Positions 16,661 through 25,570 of a stretch of 32,000 nucleotides of DNA are shown here, one piece after another. Origin of the DNA: Microcystis aeruginosa NIES-843 (lineage in GTDB: Bacteria > Cyanobacteriota > Cyanobacteriia > Cyanobacteriales > Microcystaceae); the NCBI RefSeq assembly GCF_000010625.1, contig NC_010296.1, positions 240,001 to 272,000 of the forward strand. The letters are read 5' to 3'. Under the pieces are notes generated by a model that was not told where the DNA came from, ran no database searches, and saw nothing but the letters and a program-made list of their open reading frames with translations. The stretch's first letter is position 1; every line of letters begins with the position of its first letter. The position numbers were made by a program, and so were the translations under genes.

Positions 16661-18085
16661 TTAGTTGCCTAGGGATGGCTCAGAAAGATTAGCTGATTTT
16701 TCTTGCCAATCTTGACCGATTTTAATCGTCACATCAGAAGCGAGATTCCCCGTACTTTCCACCAAAACTTCCCCGACACCAAGGCTATTATGCAGGGCAG
16801 CAGCCAGGGAATTATCCCCTTTTTGAGCAATAATTTTGGTAGTTTCTAGAATTGGCGATGAAGACTTAGAGACAAAAACATTTTCATAACCAAACGAGCG
16901 CAGATATCTGACTAGAGCTTGCACCGCTTCTGGATTATCGATGCTATCTTCCACAGCTATGCGAGTCGGTTGCGTGGTTTCTTCGATGTCAGCCATAAAA
17001 GAGCCGTGGTTAAAATGTTGAGCCACTAGCTCTTGAATTTTACTTTGATTGGGCAACCAATAACTGATCCCTTGCCGACCATCACCATTAAAGTCTCCTG
17101 GTAGCAGTAGCATTTGCACATCAGCGCGCTGAGTTTTGGAGGCAAAGCCAGCTAGGGCGAGTAACTCCTCTAAACTGAGATTAGTATCGATATGATTGCG
17201 GATAACCTCGATAATATCGGGAATTTTCAATAAAGTTGCTGGTTTTAGGGTTTGTTCTACTAAAGACCGCATTAATTGCTGTTGTCGTTGGATACGACCG
17301 ATATCGCCGTTAGCATCGTAACGAAAACGGGCAAACTGGAGGAATTTCTCGCCGTTGAGGTGTTGTTCCCCTTTTTTCAGGTCAATGTAGAGGTGTTGAC
17401 TAAAATCTTTATACTTCATGTCTTTGGGAACATATACCGTCACCCCCCCCAAAGCATCAATTAATTTTTCCACACCCTGCACATTAATGCGAATATAGCG
17501 ATCGATAGCCACTCCGTCCAAAAGATGACTAACCGTTTCCGCCGTTAAAGCAGGTCCACCGAGGGCGTTAGCTTCATTGATTTTTTTCTCCCCGTAACCC
17601 TCGATATCGGTGCGGGTATCCCGGGGGATGGAAAGCATGGTTAACTTCTGTCTTTGGGGGTCAAAACGCAGTAACAGCATGGTATCGGTTAAACCATCCA
17701 AGGAATTAACCGGGGCATGATAACCCAGATCTGGGGTTTGTGCTTCCTTGACATCGGATGTCAACACTTTCGCGCCAACTACCAGAATATTAACGGGGCG
17801 GTTGAGGGCGGGAAGTTGCAGATTTTGATAGGATATCGCCTGCTGATTGTTAAAAGCGGCGGCTTCTTGGGGACTAAGAGCAGCTTGTCGCAAAGGTGTG
17901 GAGGAGAGAGACACAGCCAACATAGCCCCCGCCGTAGCGGAAACTAGGGCGCAGCCAGTTAAGCCTAGGGCTGTCAGGAACCATTTACCCGACAATCGCC
18001 GCTTTTTAACAGGTTTAGCTGCTAATTTGCTTGATTTTCCGCTTTTAAGCCTTGATTTCCTCTTATTAACCACAAATTGCCTCAC
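16661..18085 (-). CDS. LytR-CpsA-Psr (LCP) family cell-envelope phosphotransferase
   Basis: Basic N-terminus plus a TM segment, then NILVVG..TDTMLLLRFDP..LSIPRDT..INEANALGG and RFRYDANGDIGRIQRQQQ. Confidence 0.85.
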   Translation of the reverse strand: MRQFVVNKRKSRLKSGKSSKLAAKPVKKRRLSGKWFLTALGLTGCALVSATAGAMLAVSLSSTPLRQAALSPQEAAAFNNQQAISYQNLQLPALNRPVNILVVGAKVLTSDVKEAQTPDLGYHAPVNSLDGLTDTMLLLRFDPQRQKLTMLSIPRDTRTDIEGYGEKKINEANALGGPALTAETVSHLLDGVAIDRYIRINVQGVEKLIDALGGVTVYVPKDMKYKDFSQHLYIDLKKGEQHLNGEKFLQFARFRYDANGDIGRIQRQQQLMRSLVEQTLKPATLLKIPDIIEVIRNHIDTNLSLEELLALAGFASKTQRADVQMLLLPGDFNGDGRQGISYWLPNQSKIQELVAQHFNHGSFMADIEETTQPTRIAVEDSIDNPEAVQALVRYLRSFGYENVFVSKSSSPILETTKIIAQKGDNSLAAALHNSLGVGEVLVESTGNLASDVTIKIGQDWQEKSANLSEPSLGN

Positions 18086-18268
18086 ACAGTCACTAATTAT
18101 CTCCCTAAAACCATATTTTAAAGGGATGAACTATTTGTTTTCTCAGATACCCGGAAAAGATCATTAAACTAATCGGGTTTTTTAGAGAGTTAGCAGATAA
18201 TATAGCAGAATTTTTCCTTATAGTTCTTCTGCATGGCAATTTTGTCGAAATATCTAGGGTTTGTTTCG

Positions 18269-18405
18269 TGGGAGTGGGGAATGGGGAAGTGGGGAAGTGG
18301 GAAGTGGGGAAGTGGGAAGTGGGAAGTGGGAAGTGGGAAGTGGGGAAGTGGGGAAATTGAACTAAAACCCCAAAACCCCAAAACCCCAAAACCCCAACCC
18401 CCAAC
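18269..18405. repeat. tandem (GGGGAAGT/GGGAAGT)n array followed directly by (AAAACCCC)4
   Basis: Direct reading. The ORFs at 18105-18407, 18190-18381 and 18233-18475 are translations of this repeat. Confidence 0.9.
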
Positions 18406-18445
18406 ACCTAAAACCTGTCTCGGAGTCTGGGAGTCTCCTATCTCC

Positions 18446-19066
18446 TCATTGGCTGATTTTTTTGTGCAGAAATAACTTTTGTGGTCGATTAAATAACCAA
18501 TTGATCAACCAACCGTCGGTTTTTTGCAGACGATAACCGCTACTTGAGTACAGTGACTGGGCCGCTAGATTATTATCGAGAACATGGAGGGAAAGTTCCT
18601 CAAAACCCCATTCTCTAGCGATCTGTTCACACTTGAGCAGCAATCTCCGGGCCAGACCGGCACGCCGGCGATCGGGACTAACGGCTAAATTAGAGATATA
18701 AGGAATGGGAACAGCTAAAAAAGAACTGGATTTTAAGGCGATTTCCGCCGTAGCAACAATAATTTCCTGAGGACCCGTGACGGTGACGCTGGTTTGACTG
18801 ACTACCAGACAGTGATAGTAAGGGGTATCGGCGCGCAATCGTCCCCGTAAGTCCTCGTAAATGCCTAATTTAAAGATAGGACGCAGAAAAGACCAATAAT
18901 TGGCCGTGGGGAAAAAACTATCGGTGAGAATTTCCGCCAAGCTTTTGAGATCTTGGCTTTGGGCCAAACGCACCTCGACGGTAATGGCGGCATTGTCACC
19001 GGTCGCTTCCGAGTCGGAGGGATTAGACAATAGGTATGAGATAAAACAGGAGTCCACTTTAATCAC
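18446..19066 (-). CDS. GNAT family N-acetyltransferase
   Basis: Acetyl-CoA binding motif VSPDRRRAGLARRLL, then ELSLHVLDNNLAAQSLYSSSGY. The true start may be internal. Confidence 0.75.
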   Translation of the reverse strand: MIKVDSCFISYLLSNPSDSEATGDNAAITVEVRLAQSQDLKSLAEILTDSFFPTANYWSFLRPIFKLGIYEDLRGRLRADTPYYHCLVVSQTSVTVTGPQEIIVATAEIALKSSSFLAVPIPYISNLAVSPDRRRAGLARRLLLKCEQIAREWGFEELSLHVLDNNLAAQSLYSSSGYRLQKTDGWLINWLFNRPQKLFLHKKISQ

Positions 19067-19372
19067 AGGAGTCGGCAGGGAAGGTGGGGATGGCAGTCCT
19101 TATCTGGGAAAGGTAAATAGGGGTGGGATTTAGTTGGGAGAATCAAGCATCTATCTTAAGGAGAAGACCGCAATTTTTCAAGACTACTGAATCAAAATCT
19201 CATCCATTCTACTGCCTATAGCCCCAGTTGGGGGAAAGACCGCTATTTTTCGGGAATTTTTTTTGATCGCCGGGCCATGGTTAAGATGGGACGATGCCGG
19301 TCAGAACTAATTTCTTTCTTTTTGGGTCAATTAACTATATTCTTTAATCTAATCTATCCTCCTACCCCCTCT

Positions 19373-20614
19373 ATGATCAAGGAAATTTCCGCCTATTTAC
19401 AAGTGTTCCGCAGTCAAAAAATGGCGGCTTTGTTATTCTTAGGTTTCGCTTCTGGATTGCCCTTGTTGCTCACCAGTCGCACCCTGCAAGCTTGGATGAC
19501 CACCGAAGAAGTTCCTCTGGAATCGATCGGTTTATTTAGTTTATTCGCTCTCCCCTACTCTCTCAAATTTCTTTGGTCTCCCTTACTCGATCGCTATGTT
19601 CCTCCTTTTCTTGGTCGTCGTCGCGGTTGGATTTTAATCGCTCAAATTTGTTTAACTTTAGCGATTGGTTTTATGGCCTTTCAACAACCAAAACAATCTT
19701 TGGAATTATTGGCAATTAATGCTCTACTGATCGCTTTTTTTAGTGCCAGCCAAGATATTGCCTACGATGCCTATCGCACAGATATTTTAGAAAAATGGGA
19801 GATGGGTGCTGGGGTAGCGATCGGGGTTTTAGGTTATCGTTTGGCTTTAATTCTAACCGGTTCGATCGCTTTAATTTTAGCCGATCACTTTCCCTGGCCT
19901 CTCGTCTATCTTTTCCTAGCTGGATTGATGGCTTTAACGATTATTTGGTCTTTTTTCGCCCCAGCTACTCCCCCTAGAGATGATACTCCTCAAACCCTTT
20001 TAGAGGCGGTTTGGTTGCCTTTCCAAGAGTTTTTTCAACGCTATCGATTAGGTCAAGGAATCGGTATTCTCGCCTTTATCGTTCTCTATCGTTTAGGGGA
20101 TGCTTTAGTTAATAATATGGTGACTCCTTTTCTCTTAAAAACTGGTTTCAGTCAAACCGATATCGGGGCGATCCAAGGGGGCATGGGCATGATAGCAACT
20201 ATGGTGGGAGTTTTATTAGGTGGTTCCCTGTTAAGTCGTTGGGGAATTAATCGATCGCTCTGGATTTTTGGCGGCTTGCAAGCTATTAGTAATTTAGCCT
20301 ATTTTACTTTAGCAAATTTAGGGCAAAATTATCCTTTTATGGTCTTGGCTATTAATATTGAAAACTTCTGCGGTGGCTTAGTCACTGCCGCTTTTGTGGC
20401 TTTTTTAATGAGTCTTTGCAATGCTCGTTTTACCGCTACTCAGTACGCCCTCTTATCAAGTTTAATGGCCTTTAGTCGCGATATTTTGGTGGCTCCCGCC
20501 GGAGTTTTAGCTGAGGCGATCGGTTGGCAATGGTTCTTTTTAATCACAGTAATTGCCGCTTTACCCGGGTTAGCTTTATTGCCTTTATTTGCTCCTTGGC
20601 AAGAGGACAATTGA
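19373..20614 (+). CDS. ampG: AmpG-family MFS muropeptide permease
   Basis: LFLGFASGLPLLLTSRTLQAWM, YSLKFLWSPLLDR, GRRRGW, about 12 TM segments. The ATG at 19373 (MIKEIS) is preferred over 19277. Confidence 0.85.
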   Translation: MIKEISAYLQVFRSQKMAALLFLGFASGLPLLLTSRTLQAWMTTEEVPLESIGLFSLFALPYSLKFLWSPLLDRYVPPFLGRRRGWILIAQICLTLAIGFMAFQQPKQSLELLAINALLIAFFSASQDIAYDAYRTDILEKWEMGAGVAIGVLGYRLALILTGSIALILADHFPWPLVYLFLAGLMALTIIWSFFAPATPPRDDTPQTLLEAVWLPFQEFFQRYRLGQGIGILAFIVLYRLGDALVNNMVTPFLLKTGFSQTDIGAIQGGMGMIATMVGVLLGGSLLSRWGINRSLWIFGGLQAISNLAYFTLANLGQNYPFMVLAINIENFCGGLVTAAFVAFLMSLCNARFTATQYALLSSLMAFSRDILVAPAGVLAEAIGWQWFFLITVIAALPGLALLPLFAPWQEDN

Positions 20615-20627
20615 GCTAATTGATGAT

Positions 20628-22052
20628 TTATTCCTCCGATTTCACTCGCATAACTACTAAAGTCATATCGTCACTACTGTCATTTCCTAAACCGGTAAAA
20701 GCGGCCACTTTTCCAAATAAATATTCTAGAATCTGTTCGGGATCGGTGTACTGTTGACAGGCTTCTTTAACTGCCGATAGCCAATTTTTCTGATCAAATC
20801 TTTCCCCTTTCGAGTTAACTGCATCGGTAAAGCCATCGGTATAATAAATCAGCGTATCTCCCGCTTCTAATTGCACTTGGGCATCGTCATAGATAGAATC
20901 GGCCTCTAAACCAACTAATGTCCCTTCCGTGTCGAGAGACTCTAACTCTCCCGTTTTGGCCCGCCACCAGAGGGTGGGATAATGGGCAGCATTACTGTAG
21001 CCAAGACGGCGCGTCAGGGGATCATACTCGGAATAAAATAATGTCACGAAACGATGAGAATTATCGAGATCGGCATACATAACCCGATTGAGATGACGCA
21101 AAATCTGGGCCGGGGAGTGACGATTTAACACTTCCGCTCGCAACATTCCCCGGGTCATGGTCATCAATAATCCTGCTGGGACACCTTTTCCCATGACATC
21201 ACCGATGACTATACTCCAAGGAGCGGCACTGGCTTCCCTTTCCGCCTCCGTTGCCGGTTTAAATTGATCGTAGTTGCAGGGGATAAAATCATAATAGTCG
21301 CCACCAACGCGATTAGCCGTTTGGCAGTGGGCTGCCAATTCTACCCCCTGAATTTTCGGACATTGCCGAGGTAAAAGACGATTTTGGATTTCGGCAGCGA
21401 TTTCTAACTCTCGATCCTGACGTTCCTTAGAACGTAATTCGATCGTTAATTCATTATTAGCTATAGCCACCGCCGTTTGATCGGCCACTAGCTGCAACAG
21501 TTTACGACGGGTGGGTGTCCAACCATAATCGGGATCGCGACTGAAAACGTATAAACGCCCCCGCTCACTATTTTTTACCAAAACAGGTGTACTATAAACC
21601 TGCGTACCCTGTCCGAGAGTTTGCCGGATTTTATGGTCGAGACTATCGAGAAGCGATCGATTATTTTTATTCTCAAGTGCCGGTTCTTGGTTTAATTGTC
21701 GGATAATTGCCTCTAATTGTCGGCGTAGTTCCCCATTAATTTGATTATCTTGGCAATGGAGTTGATCGAGCGCCACTTGACCGTTATTTTTGCTCAAAAT
21801 CAATGCCCCTCCCTCCGCGTCTGCCACTCGTGCGGCCATCAAGGGGGTAAGATCGAGGAATTGGTTTAAATTATTGAAACTCCGCAGGGCAAAACCGAGG
21901 GAACTTAAGAGATTTTGAACTTTGTTTTGTTCGCGATATAAACTAGCGACCAACTCTTTTAAGGCTAAAATTGGCTTGATATCGGTACTGTGATCGCCCA
22001 TATTGACGGTGGGAGTGGTGAGGGTGTCGCTCGGTTCCGGCTCAGAAAGCAT
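20628..22052 (-). CDS. GAF-domain PP2C-type (SpoIIE/RsbU-like) serine phosphatase
   Basis: N-terminal GAF-like region and C-terminal PP2C motifs (VGGDYYDF, IGDVMGKGVPAGLLM, YYTDGFTDA, DDMTLVVMRV). Confidence 0.85.
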   Translation of the reverse strand: MLSEPEPSDTLTTPTVNMGDHSTDIKPILALKELVASLYREQNKVQNLLSSLGFALRSFNNLNQFLDLTPLMAARVADAEGGALILSKNNGQVALDQLHCQDNQINGELRRQLEAIIRQLNQEPALENKNNRSLLDSLDHKIRQTLGQGTQVYSTPVLVKNSERGRLYVFSRDPDYGWTPTRRKLLQLVADQTAVAIANNELTIELRSKERQDRELEIAAEIQNRLLPRQCPKIQGVELAAHCQTANRVGGDYYDFIPCNYDQFKPATEAEREASAAPWSIVIGDVMGKGVPAGLLMTMTRGMLRAEVLNRHSPAQILRHLNRVMYADLDNSHRFVTLFYSEYDPLTRRLGYSNAAHYPTLWWRAKTGELESLDTEGTLVGLEADSIYDDAQVQLEAGDTLIYYTDGFTDAVNSKGERFDQKNWLSAVKEACQQYTDPEQILEYLFGKVAAFTGLGNDSSDDMTLVVMRVKSEE

Positions 22053-22199
22053 AAAATGATCTTTGTGGCGGTGACATGATTATAGCTAGATGGTCATTGG
22101 GTTATGACCTGTTTAAGTCTAACAGTATAGTTGATCTTTTTCTGACTGCCACAATTTAACCCTGATGTTTTACTATTTCCGTTTTTTGACGCTCCCCGT

Positions 22200-23619
22200 C
22201 TAAAGAGACGGGGATTCTTCGTTCATTGAGTCTCCGTTAGCAAGCAGGATTTCTCCAACCAACCAAGAGGGAATCTCTCCCGAAGCGTTTAAAGTTTGCG
22301 TGCGCCCCACGCTACTTAATCCCTTTTGCAAGATGTTTAAAGCGGCGTTTCTATCTCGACAATCTGTATATCCACAATGAGGACAAACATGGGTTCGAGT
22401 AGATAGCGACTTTTGGACTTTTTGTCCACAATTAGAACAATTTTGAGACGTATTATGAGGTGAGACAGCTATAGTTAACTTGCCGTATTTGTCCCCAAAA
22501 TACTCTAGCCATTGCCTAAAAACAGACCATCCTGCATCGGTTATCGACTTCGCTAAATGACGATTTTTGACCATGCCTTTGATATTCAAGTTTTCATAGA
22601 CGATTAAGTCGTTAGACTTAACTAAACGGAGTGCCACACTCTTGACAAACTCTTCTCGTTGCCTACTTACTCTTAAATGTTTCCGAGCATATCGCTTTCT
22701 AGCTTTGTGATAATTACGAGATTGTTTTTTACCCTTACGGTATTTCTTTGACTTTTTTTTATTTAATCGGTTTAGTTGTTTTGGTTCTTCGGTTTGTGTT
22801 ATGCAATGGACGGGAGTTATAAGGGGTGAAACCCTTATATAGAAAGACATTGCTTCGATTTTTGCCAATTGTTTTCAATCTAGAACGAGCTAATCAATTA
22901 AGTCTCTTGCCATATAAGGATTTAGTCGATTTATGCCCCCCTATCGAACCATAACAAGTAACGAAGAGCCGTTGTTTTTCAGCTTTTCGATAGTAGTTCG
23001 GACAATCAATTTGATGGCCTTCGCTATCTACTAAGAAAAACTTTAATCCCACATCAATCCCAGTGGCTTTCTGGGAAGGTGTTAAAGGCTTAACCCTGTC
23101 TCTGGGGTCTAATTTAAGGCAAAACTGCACATAATAACCATCGGCACGATTAAGGATTCTTACCCGTTTAATCTGGTCTGGTTGATAGTAATTAATATCT
23201 CTAGAACCAATCAGTTTAAGAGTACCAATACCTTTTTTGTCTGTAAAGGTAATATGACGTTTATTAGCTGATAGCTTCCATCCAGATACTTTATACTCAA
23301 CAGAACGGGAATGTTTTTTAAACTTAGGGTAGCCTTTCTTTCCTTTAACTTTATTTTGGCAATTATCGTAAAACCGAGTAATTGCCCGCAAGGTTCTTTC
23401 TACGGCAGTCTGGCAAGCATGGGAGTTTAAATCATCAACAAATTTAAACTCTTTCCTTAATGCTGTGTTGTATCGAAATAACTCTGTTTTGCCAACACCC
23501 CGATTATCCATCCAATAACGCAGAACTTTATTCCGAACAAATTGAGTTGTCCGTATTGCTTCGTTAATGGCTTCTATCTGATTAGGTTTTGGCTTAACCT
23601 TGTATTCTAGTACAAACAT
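22200..23619 (-). pseudogene. tnpB: TnpB (OrfB) RNA-guided endonuclease gene interrupted by a 188-bp MITE
   Basis: N-terminal 216 codons run to ..YYRKAEKQ (22972). The C-terminal 191 codons run from LNRLNKKKSKK.. (22775) through RuvC and zinc-finger motifs (CSNCG..CPHCG..DRNAALNI). The 196-bp insert changes the frame. Confidence 0.85.
22783..22970. mobile_element. MITE family B (188 bp) nested in tnpB
   Basis: Inverted ends GGTTCTTCGGTT / AACGAAGAGCC. Perfect 8-bp target duplication GTTGTTTT (22775-22782 and 22971-22978). Internal hairpin ATAAGGGG-TGAAA-CCCTTAT. Confidence 0.7.
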
Positions 23620-23813
23620 TTTGATACTGCTTGACTGAGTATCAATATCTTAACACAAAATTCTTTAAGTTGACAATACATATTTATTTAAAGCCGCCCG
23701 ACCCTGCGCGGGCATGGCGGGGCTTGTACCCAAATTTTCGGTCACACCGAAGTCTAGGGCTGATAACCTGACCTTATAATAATTAGAAGTATTTAACTTG
23801 ATCCACTGACTTT

Positions 23814-24464
23814 ATGACCTTGCCTCTCGATGTTCCCACGGCGATTAATCAACGTCGTTCTATTAAAAATTTTACTACCGCTCCGATCGCCCCAGAACTG
23901 CTGAAAACCCTGGTAGAATTAACCGTTGCCGCACCTAGTAGTTTCAACATCCAAGATTGGCGAATTATTTTAGTACAGGATGAGGCACAAAAGGCCGCTT
24001 TAGCCGAGGCCGCTTGGGGACAAAAGCAAATTATCCAAGCGCCGGTTACTTTTGTTTTCGCTGCCGATGCTGCCGCAGGAGGGGGAGAGCTAACTCCTAT
24101 CTATGAACAGGCTCTCAGTACGGGTGCCTGGAGCGAAGGCACGGTAAAATATTTTCAACAGGCAATCCCGGGATTTCAAAAGAATTTAGGCGAAAAAACC
24201 CGGGAATACGCGATTAAAGATGCCATGATCGCCGCTACTCATCTGGTTTTGGCTGCCGAAAGTCTCGGTTTATCTAGTTGTTTTCTCAACGGTTGGATTG
24301 AGGACAAGGTAAAAGCTGTCATTGGTGCTGCCGATCATCCCCATCTGGCGATCGCTGTTGTCGTTCCCATCGGTTACGCGGCGGAACCACGGCTTAATCC
24401 GGGGCGTTTACCCTTAGATTACAATGTTTTTGTGGATCGCTTGGGTAATCCCTATCAAATCTAA
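23814..24464 (+). CDS. nitroreductase family protein
   Basis: RRSIKNF N-terminal motif, PSSFNIQDWR, GWIEDKV. 216 aa. Confidence 0.85.
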   Translation: MTLPLDVPTAINQRRSIKNFTTAPIAPELLKTLVELTVAAPSSFNIQDWRIILVQDEAQKAALAEAAWGQKQIIQAPVTFVFAADAAAGGGELTPIYEQALSTGAWSEGTVKYFQQAIPGFQKNLGEKTREYAIKDAMIAATHLVLAAESLGLSSCFLNGWIEDKVKAVIGAADHPHLAIAVVVPIGYAAEPRLNPGRLPLDYNVFVDRLGNPYQI

Positions 24465-24473
24465 ACTTTAGCG

Positions 24474-24767
24474 ATGACTTTCTCTCCCTCAGCTTGGTTA
24501 ACGCCCTTTTTTAACACTCCCCTTTGGCGCGCTGGGGGAGTGTCGATCACTCTTGGTTGGACTATTGGTATTCTTGTACTGTTTATTCTTGTCACCTGTC
24601 TGACGATCGCTTTTAAAAGTTTACTAAAAAATCGTCTGCTGAAAAGTATCGGTTTTGGTAAGATATCCCTGTTGTTTTCAGGGATGAGAAGATGTGGACT
24701 TCCAAACCCCCTCATACTCCCAGTCAAACCAAAATTTAAGTTATACTTCATCTATTTTAGCTTTTAA
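24474..24767 (+). pseudogene. probable N-terminal fragment of an MscS-type mechanosensitive channel gene
   Basis: The first 60 or so codons (..TPLWRAGGVSITLGWTIGILVLFILVTCLTIAFKSLLKNRLLKSIG) resemble MscS-family N-termini. The resemblance ends near 24655 and the rest looks like random read-through. Confidence 0.4.
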
Positions 24768-24787
24768 GAGCAGGCTAGGGAAAAATC

Positions 24788-25570
24788 CTAAAATCCGAAA
24801 GAATAACCGATTTTTAGCTTTAATTGACTTTGATCATTGCCATTAGTGGCAATATCTCCCTCGATACCCCAATCGATCACACCTTGGCGATTAATTTGCT
24901 GACGAATTCCCATACCAGTGCGAATTAAAACGCCACCATTACTATTATCGCCGGTAATTACGCCCAATTCTGCTAAAAAAGTGCGATCAAAACGTTTCGG
25001 ATAACCAATCGGTCGCGAATAACCGAGAATTGCTGCCGGGGAAAAAGCTCGATCGCCGTTATCGGGGTCAGTGTTTATGTTTAAATCGAGATTAAGATGC
25101 ACGCGATCGAATTGACCAACAGTTTTACTAGCAATTCCCCGCAGACGAAAATCTAATCCCCTAGCATTATTTCCCGTCGGTAATCCTAAATCGGTACGAA
25201 TGGCAAAAGCGGGAACATTATCGTATTCTCGATTGAAATTATAGAAAAAACCTACAGATAAATTTCCCACATCAAAATCCGTATCATCACTATTAACTCG
25301 TCCTCCCACTTGCGGATCGATGCCGATAATAATGTGACCATTGCGAATAATACCGTTGAGGTATTCAATATCAAACTCACCCCCAAGATTACTATTTTCA
25401 GGAAAGACTAGACTTCCTCCAAATTCTATTGATTGTTCCCCAAAACCAATACTTTCAGCATCATCAAAAGAAAGGGGACGACCAGAATCCAGATTATTAT
25501 GATCGTTGGCAAAAACTGGATTAGTAAAACTAACGACTAAACTCACAGCAATTAATAAAAATCTTCTCAT
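24788..25570 (-). CDS. putative outer-membrane beta-barrel protein (resembles the 'MetA-pathway/transporter' barrel family)
   Basis: Signal peptide ending VFA-ND, alternating beta-strand pattern, Asp/Gly/Asn-rich loops, C-terminal ..KIGYSFGF ending in Phe (OMP beta-signal). Start overlaps the upstream stop (ATGA). Confidence 0.6.
   Translation of the reverse strand: MRRFLLIAVSLVVSFTNPVFANDHNNLDSGRPLSFDDAESIGFGEQSIEFGGSLVFPENSNLGGEFDIEYLNGIIRNGHIIIGIDPQVGGRVNSDDTDFDVGNLSVGFFYNFNREYDNVPAFAIRTDLGLPTGNNARGLDFRLRGIASKTVGQFDRVHLNLDLNINTDPDNGDRAFSPAAILGYSRPIGYPKRFDRTFLAELGVITGDNSNGGVLIRTGMGIRQQINRQGVIDWGIEGDIATNGNDQSQLKLKIGYSFGF

Larger units (their letters stand above)
22060..23790 (-). mobile_element. 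IS200/IS605-group element of the IS1341 type (tnpB only, no tnpA); boundaries approximate
   Basis: Holds tnpB. GC-rich imperfect palindrome at 23692-23724 and TTCGGTcacACCGAA at 23737-23751 upstream of tnpB. Hairpin CCCCGTC-TAAAGA-GACGGGG at 22194-22213 spans the tnpB stop. Confidence 0.55.

Noticed and set aside
18105-18475. ORFs 18105-18407 (-), 18190-18381 (-) and 18233-18475 (+) with repetitive FPTSH / GKWGS peptides
   Set aside because: They are translations of the GGGGAAGT and AAAACCCC tandem arrays in several frames. They have no independent coding signal.
24461-24751. 96-aa ORF on the minus strand opposite the MscS-like fragment
   Set aside because: No recognisable motifs. The plus-strand frame has a plausible TM and MscS-like N-terminus. 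Neither is likely to be a functional gene.
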